A DNA stretch of 64,000 nt from Chara braunii (taxonomy: Eukaryota; Plantae; Charophyceae): the NCBI GenBank assembly GCA_003427395.1, contig BFEA01000038.1, forward strand, positions 1,216,762-1,280,761. Reading direction: 5' to 3'. Made by a program: the position numbers and the translations under genes. The notes below the pieces were generated by a model. That model searched no databases and was not told the origin of the DNA. It saw only the letters and a program-made list of their open reading frames with translations. Of the stretch, positions 1 through 13,110 are shown piece after piece (positions within the stretch are counted from its first letter, which is position 1; each line of letters opens with the position of its first letter).

Positions 1-766
1 GCTGGTGCCTTGTGCTCCGCTCCACGGTCACCGACCTGCGGACCGCTCGCCCCTCCGTCCTCTGCAGTGTTGTTGCCTTGTTTGTGTTGTCTTGTGCTTC
101 ACTACATGGTTGCCGCACTGCTTGCCTTGCATGCCATGTTGTTCCTTGCAGTCGTTTTTGGCGTTGTGCAGCCGTGTTGCCTCTACTGTGTTGCCTGGTG
201 CTCCACAGGGTTGCTGCCCGCTGCTATGTTCCGCTTGGGGACAGTCTGCCTTCAACAAGGGTCAAAGGGTTCATGACCCAAATAATCAAATACGGAGCTT
301 CTGCAGATTGTCGAGGGTTCAGCCTCCTGATTAGCCGGTGCAACTCCGACGAAACAATCTTGTCATCACCAGTGTTTTATTTTATTTTTTATTTTTTTGG
401 GTCTTCGTTGTTTTGGGGAACTTGCATATTTTTTTGCCTTGCCTGCTTTCTGCGTTTGAGTGACGTCTGCCCTCCCACCTCCCCTGTGCCTTCCACCCAT
501 TGTCTTTTGCTGCTGCTTGTTGTGTTATGCTTGGGGTATCTTTCTGTACTTGTACTTTTCTTTTGTCTTTCCTTGTTTTGTGCATTTATGTATGGTCTGC
601 CCTACCACCTCCCCCGTGGCCCCCCGTCCTTGTGCCTTTCTGCAGTTTGTTGTCGTTGCCTCCTTGCCATTTGCCTTATTGTGCTTTCTTTCCCCGTCCT
701 GTGGTGTCTGTTTGATCATGTGTGTTCCAGTTCGCCCGCAAAGAGCTGTAGGAGCATGAGTGCTTG

Positions 767-925
767 TGTAGTCCGGCAGAGTCATTCCCCACGTTATAGT
801 ATAGGTTCCGTCTGCACCACACCTACAAGTTCTTCTTCCTGAGCTTGCTCATGTAGTCCGGCATAGTCATTCCCCACCTACGAGTACTGGAGGCGTCTGC
901 ACCACGCCTACAAGTTTTCATTCTT
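767..925. repeat. Diverged tandem duplication, ~85-bp period
   Basis: TGTAGTCCGGCA.AGTCATTCCCCAC...CGTCTGCACCAC.CCTACAAGTT occurs at 767 and 852. Confidence 0.8.
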
Positions 926-1017
926 AAGGTGCGCCGATATATAATTTCAGAGCTTGATTATGATGCGGTTTCCGTATCATACCGTAAACATGTCATATTT
1001 TTATGCGGGTTACACAC

Positions 1018-1019
<2 letters not shown>

Positions 1020-1081
<62 letters not shown>
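1020..1081. repeat. (CA)n microsatellite
   Basis: Direct sequence. Confidence 0.98.
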
Positions 1082-1083
<2 letters not shown>

Positions 1084-1458
1084 GCACATAGCACTATAGC
1101 AAAGTTGATATATCACCCCCACCTTTGCACGACCATAATACTGCATCCTTGTGGATACATAAATACTTAAAAAAAATAAATTCAAACCGTTTCTAGAAAT
1201 GTAAAAGAAAATTCAAACCATTTCTAGAAATGTCATTGGAGGACACAAAGATTTGGGACTTAACACTTCGAAATCACCGTTGCCATTCAGATTCCCCAAC
1301 TTCAACAGATCAGAAACCGTTTCCCATGGTAAAATGTCTGTAGTGGGACCTAGCCCCTGGAGGGAGATCCCACTACCGATGTATGTGGATTAGTGTATAA
1401 GGTGTGTGACTGTCAGGTGGATTTGGCGGGAAATCAGCAGTAGGCTGTGTTTGTGAAT

Positions 1459-2101
1459 TAAACCACCAGTGCTATGGGCCGCGGCCGTGTCCCGTTAATG
1501 CGCCGCATTTGAGGGGGGTCGTTCACGTGAACGGCCGTTCGCTGAGAATTGTGACGTAGAAAAGAAAGAACAAAAAAAAACAAAAGAACTAATGGTTCTA
1601 ACTAGTATTTCAGGTAGATTCTGGACGTCTATTTTTTCTACTTTTGTTTTTTTTTCACTTTTCTTAGATTCCCCTGCCAGCGAGGCAGGGCATATCCCGT
1701 GATCTCCTGAACAGCCCTCGTTGAGGGCATACTCACAGTTGCTCACAGACAAATGTATCTAACTAATTTCAAGGCCAAATTCATGTTTCGCTTTTTTTTC
1801 TTTCTTTGAGATTCATTTCTTTGTTTGGTTTTCCTTATTTTACTTTTGGATTCTGACAGAAACGCCACGGGGCTGATACACCCAAACTGCGACGTGATCA
1901 CATTAGCACTCAGGAGAATGCATCCAACTGCATTCACATACACAGCGTTGTTGTTTGTTTGTTTGTTTTGCTGTTTTTGTTTTCCAACTGGTCCCCCCAG
2001 CCTCGGCCCGTCCAGCTACTGGTACTGCCAGGCTTGGCAGACTCGACAAACCGGTCGCTGGAGGCTTGGACTTGATAGCTGGGCCAAGTACTGGTGGTTT
2101 A
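1459..2101. mobile_element. Non-autonomous TIR element (MITE family with TAAACCACCAGT termini), long member
   Basis: TAAACCACCAGT at 1459 and its reverse complement ACTGGTGGTTTA ending at 2101; same TIR as the copies at 16663 and 17325. Confidence 0.7.
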
Positions 2102-2423
2102 GGAGCGGGAAAGGGATGTTTTTTTTTGCTCTCCCGTTGGTAGGTTTTTCTTTCGTTTTTTGTAGTGGGGGTCCTATGGCGGTCCCAACGTGCATGAAAT
2201 CAATACGTTTCGTTCACGGCGAAGGTAAAGACGAATTGCGTCATCGCTGAAAATCTTTCGCTAATCCTGATCACAAAAAACATTAGTCCTGTATTTTAAT
2301 TAGTTGATTAACTTTTCAAGTTGTTCTCAGTCAACCACATGCAATCATTAACACACTTAGCATGGACTATTTTCACAAGGAGAAGAGTCAGACCGTTATC
2401 ACTAAGCAAAACTGACTGACTTA

Positions 2424-3303
2424 ACAAAGCGACCGGATCGGTCAGGAGGACCTCATCTCCAGCCTCATTTCAATATCTTAGGCAAACAGCAAAGCGACCG
2501 GATCAGTCAGGATGACCTCATCTCCAGCCTCATTTNNNNNNNNNNNNNNNNNNNNNNNNNNNNNNNNNNNNNNNNNNNNNNNNNNNNNNNNNNNNNNNNN
2601 NNNNNNNNNNNNNNNNNNNNNNNNNNNNNNNNNNNNNNNNNNNNNNNNNNNNNNNNNNNNNNNNNNNNNNNNNNNNNNNNNNNNNNNNNNNNNNNNNNNN
2701 CTCCAGCCCCATTTCAATGTCTTAGGCAAACAGCAAAGCGACCGGATCAGTCAGGAGGACCTCATCTCCAGCCTCATTTCAATGTCTTAGGCAAACAACA
2801 AAGCGACCAGATCACTCAGGAGGACCTCATCTTCAACCCCATTTCAATGTTTTAGGCAAACAGCAAAGCGACCGGATTAGTCAGGAAGACCTCATCTTCA
2901 GCCCCATTTCAATGTCTTAGGCAAACAGCAAAGCGACCGGATCAGTCAGGAGGACCTCATCTCCAACTTTTTTTCAATGTCTTAGGCAAACAACAAAGCG
3001 ACCGGATTAGTCAGGAGGACCTCATCTCTAATCCCATTTCAATGTCTTAGGCAAACAACAAAGCGACCGGATCAGTCAAGAGGACCTCACCTCTAACCCC
3101 ATTTCAATGTCTTAGGCAAACAACAAAGCGACCATATCAGTCAGGGGGACCTCATCTCCAGCCCCATTTCCATGTCTTAGGCAAACAGCAAAGCGGTCGG
3201 ATCAGTCATGAGGACCTCATCTCCAACGCCATTTCAATGTCATAAGCAAACAGCAAAGCGACCGGATCAGCGAGGAGGACCTCATCGCCAACCCCATTTC
3301 AAT
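2424..3303. repeat. Minisatellite, 65-bp unit (~13 units if the N gap is filled by it)
   Basis: AACAGCAAAGCGACCGGATCAGTCAGGAGGACCTCATCTCCAGCCCCATTTCAATGTCTTAGGCA repeated head-to-tail (e.g. same phase at 2701 and 2766); no unique spacers. Confidence 0.95.
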
Positions 3304-3853
3304 CATCGCATGCCAAAATCGTTGTTTTTATCAGAGATAGATGAATTATATGCATAGTAGGTTCCCCTTATGATGCAGTTAAAGTTGTGAAAAAGAAAGC
3401 AAAATATATACACAAGTCAAAGTCAAACAGACCAAACACCGGGTTCGTATAAATAGGGGTTTATTGGATTCTAGTGGTATAGTGTCGGCCTACCTCTGAA
3501 TTCCCTACCTCCAGAGTCTCACCTGGGCTCTAGCAGAGCTCCCGCAATCGGTGGGTCGACCCCCACAAAGCCTTGATGCGGTCTTACGGGTTGCAATCCC
3601 GACTGCCGCCTTCCTCTCCAAACATAGACTAGACTTAGATGAAGAAGGAAAGAAGAAGGAAAGTTAAGCGCTCAAGATACGAGAAAGGGCCAACTCAACT
3701 CACACGAGAGGACCTTGGTGCCTTCAGATCGTGAGGGTCCCGCAATGGCAGCCAATTGCAACTTTGAAAGAAACTTGTCGCAGTCGCCTCATCAAGCTCC
3801 AATTAAAAAAAAATTCAACAGTCCGTTAATATCCACGTGCCGCTTCCTAAGAC

Positions 3854-4460
3854 TGTGCAAGCAAAGCACAGTCCACCAGGTAAGTTGACTGTCCACTGCT
3901 GTTCTCAAGCTACTTCCTCAGATTGTGCGAGCAATGCACAGTCCACCAGGTAAGCTGACTGTCCCGCTGTTGTCCTGCTGCTGTCCTGCTGCAGCTACCT
4001 TCCTACCGTGTGAGCGAAGCCCAGTCCTACAGGTAAGCCTCTCATCGCCGCTGCCTGTCACTGCTCCCATCGACTGTGTGAGTGAAACACAGTCCAACAG
4101 GCAAGCCTTCCGTTGCTGCCAGCCTATCTCTGCTTCCTTCGACCATGTGAGTGATACACAGTCCAACAGGTAAGCCTTTCGTCACTGCTGCATGTCGCTG
4201 CTCCCGTCTACTGTGTGAGTGAGGCATAGTCCACCAGGCACCTCCCGTTGTTGCTGGCCTGTTTCTGCTTCCTTCGACTGTTGGAGAAATACACAGTCCA
4301 ACAGGTAAGCCTCCCGTCACTGCTGCATGTCGCTGCTCTCGTCGACTGTGTGAGCGAAGCACAGTCCAACAAGCAAGTCTCCCGTTGCTGCTGGCCTATT
4401 TTTGCTTCCTTCGACTATGTAAGTAATACACAGTTTAACAGGTAAGCCTCCCGTCGTTGT
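3854..4460. repeat. Degenerate tandem array, ~68-70-bp unit with alternating (dimeric) variants
   Basis: CACAGTCCA(A/C)CAGG(T/C)AAG core recurs at about 3867, 3937, 4021, 4088, 4157, 4225, 4292, 4360 and 4428. Confidence 0.85.
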
Positions 4461-4478
4461 TGGCCTGCAAAATGGCAG

Positions 4479-4618
4479 ATGACTACTAACAATACGAAGA
4501 CCGTGAAATACTGCGAAGGCTTCGAGCTGATGATCTCACTAAAGAACAAATGACTACTAACAGTATGAAGACCGTTAAATACTGCGAAGGCTTCGAGCTG
4601 ATGATCTCACTAAAGAAC
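4479..4618. repeat. Two-copy tandem duplication, 71 bp
   Basis: ATGACTACTAACA...GATGATCTCACTAAAGAAC at 4479 and 4550. Confidence 0.9.
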
Positions 4619-6894
4619 CGAGTCTGGCAAATCAGCGACCAAGATAAGGTGTAATGCCGGGGCCGAGATAAGCAAAGTAGGTTCGGCCTTGAAGATGAAC
4701 ATGACCATTCGGGCAACCGATCTCAACAGGAAGCTGATGGTTACAAATGCGCTCTGAGACTGTCAATCGGACTCAACTAAGGACAACGCAACACCATTCT
4801 CTAAATCTGCCAAAAGAGAGTGAATCTCCTGCTAGAACACGGAAAGATACATTGCCATCTCCCCACACCTTCTTGTTAGTGGCTACGCAGCTCCTAACGT
4901 GGCCATCAGATGAGGGGTGCTCTGAAGCTCCCGACCAACGAATCTGATCAAAATATTGACTACGTGCCTGTATACCACGGGGTTGGAGAACTTGCATCTC
5001 TCGTTACTTGCTTCAATAGTGACTGGTCAATCGAAGAGTGTGCCTTTCGTCAAACCACAGCCAGGCAGTTCGCCCGTCGGTCGCAACTCCAATCATGAGT
5101 AAACTGGAATCCGGATGGCTTCCCTGGGGCGGCATGGTGACGACGAGTTCTTTCGCAAGGTTGTCGAGCAGCGTGCGGGTGCATCGCCTTGAAGAAGACG
5201 ACCACGAGTTAGAGTTTCACTCCCCGATTTTCTGAATGTACAAAATGAGAATGGATTTTCAACTAAAATGTGGAATTATTTGCTATCGTTGGTCGTCTTG
5301 CTTCCTATCAGGTAAGTCCTCTCACCTTCTTCTCTCTCCTTCCTCGTTTTCCACGTACTTACTATTCCCTGTTATGTCTGCTACCGGCACCTTTGCGCGC
5401 ATCGCCTCCTTTTTTTTTTATGTACCCACTTGTTTCCTCGACTTGCTGCATGCAATCCTTTCTCCTCTCTCTCCCTCACATACTCATCCATACACATTCT
5501 CACGCCTGCTGCGCTATTCGACCAGTGTGTGGTGTGAGAATGAATCTTTCCCCAGAATGTGGGAAGATTTGCCACTGTCTCCCCCACGTACTAGCACGCA
5601 GACCTCGTTGCTCATACTGGCTGAACCGTCACCCAAATCAACATTTTGTCGAGACCATTCTCTTCGCAATGCTTTGAGACCCCCAGATAGCGTCTGGGTT
5701 TGTCCAAAATGGTCAATAAATGATTGAGATTCACCGTCTTTCACTTCCTTCTAGCTTAGAACGACCATTCCGAGCGCAACCCCTATCTCTCGTACCAACT
5801 AATCTGTTCTTTCATCACTAAAACTAACGCCGCTAATGGATTCGCCCAACCCCAAAACCTCCGAATGGCATCTCCTCTCGCTTGATTTCGTTAGGAATCG
5901 AGTAGACCATACCTCTTCCCCTTCGCCATATCCATTCTCTCCCCCTTTGCCTTCGTTACTTCCCTTCACTCACCTTCCTGTATGTGGCCCCGATCTCGTC
6001 CTAAATTCACGTACCTTCCTTCTATCTGTTCTGTTTTTTCCCTTCTCTCATCCTCGCTACTGCCCTACCACTCTTCTCTCATCAACCTCATTCCTCCCTC
6101 GGTCTTCTCCTTTCCTACCTTTCTTTTCTCCTCTCTCTCGTCTTCTTCCTTGATTCTCCCGACACCTCCCTCTTCTCTGTTGCTACTTAGCGCAGTACTT
6201 TGCGTTGCTTAGCACGACGCAAAACCGACAGCTCAGGCTACGATGAGCAAAACTCCGAAGGAAACCAGCTACTGGCCTTGTTCAACTGGGCTTTCGGCCC
6301 TATACCCAGGCCCAACTTCATTTTCGCACGTTAGCTCCACCGTGAGTCATTTCGAGGGAACCTGCTACAGCCTATTGGTCAGTTCGCTCAGCCACCAGAT
6401 GTTTTTACTAGCTGCCGGCCTCTACAGCCAGGCCCGTCAACTTTTTGCATGCCAGTAACAGTACGCACTCCCGCCAGAGTTCACTTTGGTCGTGCCTTGC
6501 CCAGGCACAGACCAACATCTTTCGAGTTCCAGTGGGCTCATTCACACTCCGACCTCTCACCGTAGGGCGTGGCCGGCAGACTGTTCAATAGTAGAGGGTT
6601 CTCTTACTTGGTTCCTTTGGGCTCGCGGCTGGCCACTTACCGACTTGTCGGTGCATTAACCCCGCTGGTCCGATTTTTAAGATGGGTAGGATAGAAGAAT
6701 TTCGTCAGCACCTTGAACACATAGAAACCCGAACGGGTCTGTGCTCGACCCCTTCGATTGCCGTGACGGGAGGGGTTTCAATCACTCCCTACTGTCATGC
6801 TAGTCGTAGGAACCCATGTTGGCAAGCACCCAACGTTTTGATCAACGATGGTGGTGACCAAGTCGCCGTCTACTTTCGACCAGGTGTGGGTACA

Positions 6895-6967
6895 CAACTT
6901 CTTTCCATCCGCTCCTCAACGATTTCAAGTCAACTTCTTTCCATCCGCTCCTCGACGATTTCAAGTC
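6895..6967. repeat. Two-copy tandem duplication, 36 bp
   Basis: CAACTTCTTTCCATCCGCTCCTC(A/G)ACGATTTCAAGT twice. Confidence 0.9.
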
Positions 6968-7538
6968 TTCTTTAACGCGCTTTCGGCCTAATTTTTCCAT
7001 CCTTCCTCCACGATACTCCTTTGCCATCGGTATCGGAGCCAGCTGTCTAGCGTGGTCAAAGATGAGACTTTATGAATGGAGAGAAATAAACATAAAAGTA
7101 AAAATAAAAACGAGTCAATAATAAAATTAGTAGGACTGACGAGGACGAGGATCCGTTGACACTCTCGTCCTCTCGCCAATCGGACCCACACCTAAACCCG
7201 TTTAGCAAAAGCACGGGGGATAGTCCCATAAGACCCTCGACCCCTCAGTCTCCGCCGATCACGCTCCGTCTGCTCCATCGCCGCTTGCTGACCTTGAACC
7301 CCAAACCTGTCGCCTGAAAATCCAGTACTCTAACCAATAGGGTTAAGCCCAAGCCTGAGTTAGGTAGGCACGACCCTGCGTATGAATAGTCACAGGACCG
7401 TAATTGGTCCTACCTGCACAAACCAGGTCTTCGCCTTGGCCTATTGGCCAACCTCCCGGCCATCAGAAAAACGCCACGACACCGTCCGCGTCTAGGATCG
7501 TAGCTTTCTAGTATCCTGATCGTCAGGTGCTCGACATA

Positions 7539-7658
7539 TTTTGCCGAAATTTAAAACTTTCTCTCATACTAGGATTGCTAACGCCGCGCCTTTCGACGTT
7601 TTTGCCGAAATTTAAACTTTCTCTCATACTAGGATTGCTAACGCCGCGCCTTTCGACG
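7539..7658. repeat. Two-copy tandem duplication, ~60 bp
   Basis: TTTTGCCGAAATTTAAA(A)CTTTCTCTCATACTAGGATTGCTAACGCCGCGCCTTTCGACG twice. Confidence 0.9.
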
Positions 7659-7713
7659 CGTCGACCAACCATAAACCTCTCGCATGTGCGTAAGGTAAAG
7701 TTTTTATCCTGTT

Positions 7714-10106
7714 TGTGACGTGTTCCGCTAGAGGCTGACTAGGTTCGTGGAGTGAGGTTAGTCTTCACAAAATAAAAGAAAAATATAACCAAATTGAAAA
7801 CTATAGCGAAGGTAATCAGAACCACCTTCTGCCGCCCTGGTACCGCCGATGACTAAACGACCCCCTCACAGTGCAACGCAATAATGCGTGCTCCACACAC
7901 TTTCTAATTCGTTTGCATTTTGACTTGGACTTTCACCAGTAGCGAGGTTGCCGAGGTGAGCACCCTGACAGGATTTGCCCTATCGGCCCGTTTACGTTGA
8001 TCAAGGACGCTCCCAGTGCGACCTTTAAACAAATACCCTTGTAAGCGTGTTTGCTATGACAGCCGGTCTCGGGCCCATCGTGTCTTGATAGGATCTGAGA
8101 TCTGTAGGGGCTTACGTGCCACTGCATCGCGGGTTTTCACTGTGTGCTACCAAACGTGCAGTTTTCTAGATCCACCCAAGTCCCGTTCCCATCCCTTTAG
8201 GTCAAGCGGTAGTTGCCTGAGGGGATGGATGACTCACAGACATAGTTTTCATCATTGAGTACTCGGACTGTCGTTAGCGCACCCGGAGGCCTCTGGTTGT
8301 CAAGCTCCTCCTCTCATAGGAGTTTAGACCACCGATCCCCTGGTAATTGGGAAAAAAAAAAAAAAAAAAAAAAAAAAACAATGATCCCCTGGTAATTGGG
8401 GTCTGTAAGCCTGTAGGCATACATGATAGTCCTTCTATTTTTCTGACTTTATACACTACCATCGGGATCGTCCATTCTTCTAAGGGAACAACCCAGTCTC
8501 CTCGGCTTACCCTCGGGACCTTCGTGAGCTCTAAGATCCAAGCTAATGGGATCGCCTCTTGAAGTTCTTGCAGGCCTGTCCCGAGATTTCGGATGTGGAT
8601 CATCCGAGGACGAAGATCATGCGTTGTTAGCTAGGAGTTTGCATGTGTGTTCCATAGGTCGCCCTACTGACCCTTCTTCACCCAAGAAGGGGAAAGACTC
8701 ACCTGTTTGGTCAAGGAGGTACGGGTTCCCAAAGAGGAGCTGTCACCATATCTCCTCCCATCTCAGCGGGATTGGCTTTTGGTTGGGCCTCTTTCTCTCC
8801 AAAGTCGAAGGAATGAGAGTCAGAGGGGGTCCGTCTGCAACACACTACTGGGGATGTGTGAACATAACTCACGCTCGAAGACTAAATTTGAGACAAAAGA
8901 GGCGCATCCGCCATGAAATTTCACTGTGGCCCCAGGCCATACATTCACTCAACCTCCGATTATGATCCTCACACATGCACGGACGATCCCTGTCATCACA
9001 TGCTACTCCCACCATAGCGATCATCAACCCACCGACTCAGTCTCTGCACGGTCTTGCCCGGATCCCGCAGTCCGTCGGGCGAGCCAGCGCATAACCGACA
9101 AGACTACAATCAGCCCATCAGGCCTTTTCGACTCGCACCTTCACGCGTACCATCTAGCCATTGCTTCCTGGAAGTTGGCCAGTAAGTTGAAAGAGAGATT
9201 TTTGGACGCGCTTGCGGAATTTATAGTTGTGGAAAAGAAGATAGATGCTAGGAAGGATTAAGACCGAGGTGGGGGGGTAAGAGAAAGCTCGGGGGCAATC
9301 GCTCGAGGAAAGCCATGTCGATCCTTCGGAGCCCAGTCATAGCCAATCAGAATCATCGTGTAACGGGGATTTCCTTCTTACACGGCACGTCTCCTTGGCT
9401 AGAGGGGAGGAGGAAGAAATCGGCAGGGTATTCCGACTGAAGGATTAGAGGCGGGGAGAAGAAAAGCGAGAAGGATAGCGCGAAATGGGACCAAGATTCA
9501 GGCGATCAAGAAAGAGAAAAGGCACACGCGGCAAGGGAGAGATGAGAAACGGTTACAGAGAGAGAAGGAGCGTGAGCGCGACGAAGAGAGTGTCGAAGGT
9601 AGTGAGGGAAGCGGGGAGGGGGGAACTTCGCATGCATGGCGCCGATGCGGAGGAAAAAAGGGCACCGAAACAGTTACAGCTCGTTCAGAGTCCTATGCTA
9701 ACTCAAAAATTGAAAAACACCATATCCGCGCGTAGAGTTAACGTGGGAAAAAGTCCTATGCCTATTCAGATTCACACGAAAATTCCCAAAGATTCCAAGA
9801 CGAAGTCGAGAACATTCATGCACAAGAAAGGACACGCCAGGTCCCGCTTATTTCGGAATTCCTAACCATGGACCCAAATTCCTAGCGCGCTCGCTAAGGC
9901 ACACATATTTCCCATGTATTTCCCTAATTGCAAAAAAGATGGAATTCCAAACAACGACACGAAGGTCCTGAGAGGGACGGGCCTCTCCGATCACAAACAA
10001 TGCATATCAAAAAGGGGCCTCTACGGCCTGCTTGTATAAGACAACAAAAAAGAGAAGGGGGGGGGGGGCTAGAAGATGGCGCAGGTCCGGAAGCTGGGGC
10101 GTCACA
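7714..10106 (-). mobile_element. Probable diverged LTR related to the 46256 family (left boundary uncertain)
   Basis: Minus strand begins TGTGACG...GCGCCATCTTCT like the LTR at 46256 and shares a CGCGCGG...AATTTTTGAGTT block; a TGTGACG at 7714 would give an LTR-sized 2.4 kb, but the flanks (TGTT/TGGT) are not a perfect TSD. Confidence 0.4.
8334..8400 (+). mobile_element. Poly(A)-only retroinsertion with 18-bp target-site duplication
   Basis: GATCCCCTGGTAATTGGG (8334-8351), then A27-CAAT, then GATCCCCTGGTAATTGGG (8383-8400). Confidence 0.7.
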
Positions 10107-10288
10107 TGGTCCTGAGTGCCGGTCACACTGAGGTAGGATAGTGGGATAGGGGGTGCGCTAGGAGTATTGACGTGAGGATGGGATGGAAGGTGGTCTCATA
10201 TTCCAGGACATCCACGGCCTTCTGCTCCAGGTGATCAGTGTGTACTCAGTGACTGGCCTCTACAACACCAAGGACTTCAAATTGAAAG

Positions 10289-10292
<4 letters not shown>

Positions 10293-10350
<58 letters not shown>

Positions 10351-10377
10351 ACACGCACACACACACACACATACACT
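10293..10377. repeat. (AC)n microsatellite, imperfect
   Basis: Direct sequence. Confidence 0.95.
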
Positions 10378-11242
10378 TCTGTTGTGATACAGCCCTGGAC
10401 CCTTGTAATTAATAACGAGGCCCTGGACGCACTAAAGTTGAGATATGTGAAGTATGTGCAATGTGCTCTCCTCCCTGAAAAGGCAGTGTGCAGCCTACCT
10501 GTGGAAGAATAATGCGGAAGAGTCTAGAGCTATGCCTCGGGTTGTGTGAGACTCAACCACCCAACCGTTGTGGAAAGGGGGTTTATCGTCGTTGGACCCT
10601 GACATGCAAGTGGCTGCCCTATCCCCAAAAAACCCGAGAAATTGTTGCTGAGGTTAATTCTGGACCCAGGTGTGTTGTGGGGCCCACTGGGGCTTCTTTT
10701 TATTGTAGCTTTTTGGGAAAACATGCCTCAATCTATTCATGGGGAGCAACACGTGCTGGGAACCGGGCCTAGCATCCCTTGTGAAAAAGCCCCCCTGAGG
10801 CCTGAATAGATTTGAAGACTCAAGCTCCCGAAAAAAAAAAAAAAAAAAAACAGGTTTGAAGACTTGCTCCCGAAGCTCCACGAGGGAGATCCCACTACGG
10901 AGATATGTGGATTAGTGGAGAGGCTGTGTGACTCCCGACGTCCATAGATCGGAATGGCAATCGGCGGTTTGTGTTTTTTTGTATTTAGGTGGGGGGATAT
11001 ATACGATGTTCTGTAGCCCCCCATCGGGCGGTTCGTTTTCTTTATTTTTTGGGGCAGTCCTTTGGGGGGTAGCGAATATGTGAAAATCTTACCAAGTTTT
11101 TTGGTGACGATTTCCACACACCTCCCACTCACGTTTTGGTGGTGGCCCATGTGTGGAAGAGAGGCCGAAATAGACAATGTGGGGGGTGTTTTGGGAGGAT
11201 CCGATCCCCTCTCCTACAGCAAATATGGCATAGAGTTACTCT

Positions 11243-11323
11243 GACATCTGTCAGCTCCCCACCAATAGATGGAGCACGTTTCCAAAAAAAAAAAAAAAAA
11301 AAAAAAAAAAAGACATCTGTCAG
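11243..11323 (+). mobile_element. Extremely 5'-truncated LINE 3' end with poly(A) and 12-bp TSD
   Basis: TSD GACATCTGTCAG at 11243-11254 and 11312-11323 flanks CTCCCCACCAATAGATGGAGC...A28. Confidence 0.8.
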
Positions 11324-11352
11324 AGAAAAGAACAAGAGGGCCCCGCCAAAAT

Positions 11353-11393
<41 letters not shown>

Positions 11394-11559
11394 AATATGT
11401 TTGGCCGAACACGTTCGGGTGGCGTTCGTCCGAACACCCGAACATGTTCGGAAGTTCGAAAAAGCTTCGAGCATGTTCGGTGTGCTACACAGATATCTAC
11501 AATGTTCCTCACAAATTTTCGTTGATCAAAATTTCAGACATTCGTCTGATAAAAATTCA

Positions 11560-12555
11560 GCAAAAAATCATTCACAATAGTTCCTCGTGAAAGCTTGAAA
11601 GGCCGACAAGATTATATCGCTTGGGTACTTCAGTTGTCTGGATGGATCGTTAAATTTATGGTACGTGATAATATTTTGGATGGATCGTTAAATTTATGGT
11701 ACGTGATAATATTTCAACGTCTTGTTCATAAAATTTATGGTACGTGATAATATTTTGGATGCATGTCTGGATGGATCGTTATATGTTGGTATAATTGGGC
11801 GACTTCTCGTCGTGTCCTTATTTTTCGGTACTATGTACGTTGTCCCATACGTACCTTTGTCGTCCCAATTTGCAATTTTCTTTAGGCCCATAGATGAATA
11901 GTTGTTCTTTGCATCTTACAGTATGACATGTTCAACTTGATCCATCACTCGATAATGTGGAGATTGAAATATTTTTTTTTCCGTTTTTTCTCACCACTTC
12001 AGCGAACATTCCACAAAGGTTTCTCCTTGATTGCGATCCAAAGGTGATAGAACGAGTCCATTCAAATTCCTTTTTGTAGTTAGGACAACGGATATCCCGA
12101 TTCCATATGGTTTCACATCCATTCTCAGATTATCCAAGCATCTTATAAGATCAGGTTCAACCATCGGAATGCAACGCATCTCATGTGGAATGATACATAT
12201 GGAGCGTAGTATAACATGCCTCAACTCCCTCATGCCAAAAGTAGATTACATATTTTGGTATGTAATCTACTTGGAATTTCATAATATCCCCTTGTTTGTG
12301 ATTTCGCTCAGTCTACAGGCAACATGTCCATTATCTTTTGGTAGCTTAAGATTGGCGCCGACGCCTTTGGTTGATGGTTATATGGTTATGGTCCTTATGG
12401 ATAATAGTACGGGTTTTACTAAACATCACTCTTATCCGCCCAGCCAAGTCATTAGTCAGATTCTTATTACGAATATTTGCTTTAATTGTTAGTGCAACCG
12501 CTCCCCTTACCTGCTTTAGGTTAATATTAGGAGAATACAAAATTTTGAAAATCAG
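11560..12555 (-). pseudogene. Penelope-like retroelement remnant (Naiad/Chlamys-like): pre-RT region and start of the RT
   Basis: Broken minus-strand frames give, in the expected order, RIRVMFSKTRTI, GHVACRLSEI, GLVLSPLDRNQGETFVEC and YIVPKNKDTTRSRPIIP (PLE-type PK..RPI motif); many stops. Confidence 0.6.
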
Positions 12556-13105
12556 CCTATGAACGATATGGAAATAGGGCAGGGGCATATTGTCAATCAA
12601 ACACAAGTATTGATCGAGCTCTTCTCCGTTCAAAGGGATGACGAATTACGAAGGAACCAGCATCCCCTCATCTGGAAAGACAGAACGAGCATATATCGCA
12701 TCAGAGTTTTCGATGACGGTAGATGCCAGAGAGCATACCGTCCAATGACCCCGATTGAGGAACTTCCCTTCGACCCTGACGAGTGGCACTGGTCCGAGGA
12801 AGTTCGGATTAGGCAAGGGACGACAAAAAAACTAACACTACATAATTTGAAAACCAAATCAGTCTACCGAATGCTCCGTCCCAAGCGAAGACTGCGGGAG
12901 CTAGGACAAATGGTATCTGCATCTCAATGTGGACCGCGGCCTGCTCAAACCCATCCGATGGTTCATACACTACGGGGACAGACCCACAAAGATTTCTGCC
13001 CTTCAGTGGCAAATAGCACATCGATGCCTACCAACAAATGACTGGCTGATAGAGCATACCCGCTTGGAACAACAAGGACGGNAAAAAAAAAAAAAAAAAA
13101 AAAAA
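12556..13105 (+). pseudogene. L1/Tx1-like LINE ORF2 fragment (post-RT / zf-RVT region), followed by an N and poly(A)
   Basis: IYRIRV..PIEELPFDPDEWHW..KSVYRMLRPK..QWQIAHRCLPTNDWL, homologous to the C-terminus of ORF 35357..38215. Confidence 0.85.
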
Positions 13106-13110
13106 GACAT

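Noticed and set aside
12-842. 276-aa ORF and overlapping Cys/Leu-rich ORFs
   Set aside because: Low-complexity TG/CT-rich sequence, open in several frames, with no recognisable motif.
2424-3303. CRISPR-like array
   Set aside because: Contiguous 65-bp units with no unique spacers, no cas genes and a eukaryotic context: a minisatellite.
7028-7039. PBS-like CGGTATCGGAGC
   Set aside because: Lacks the TGG start; no defined LTR end before it and no gag after it.
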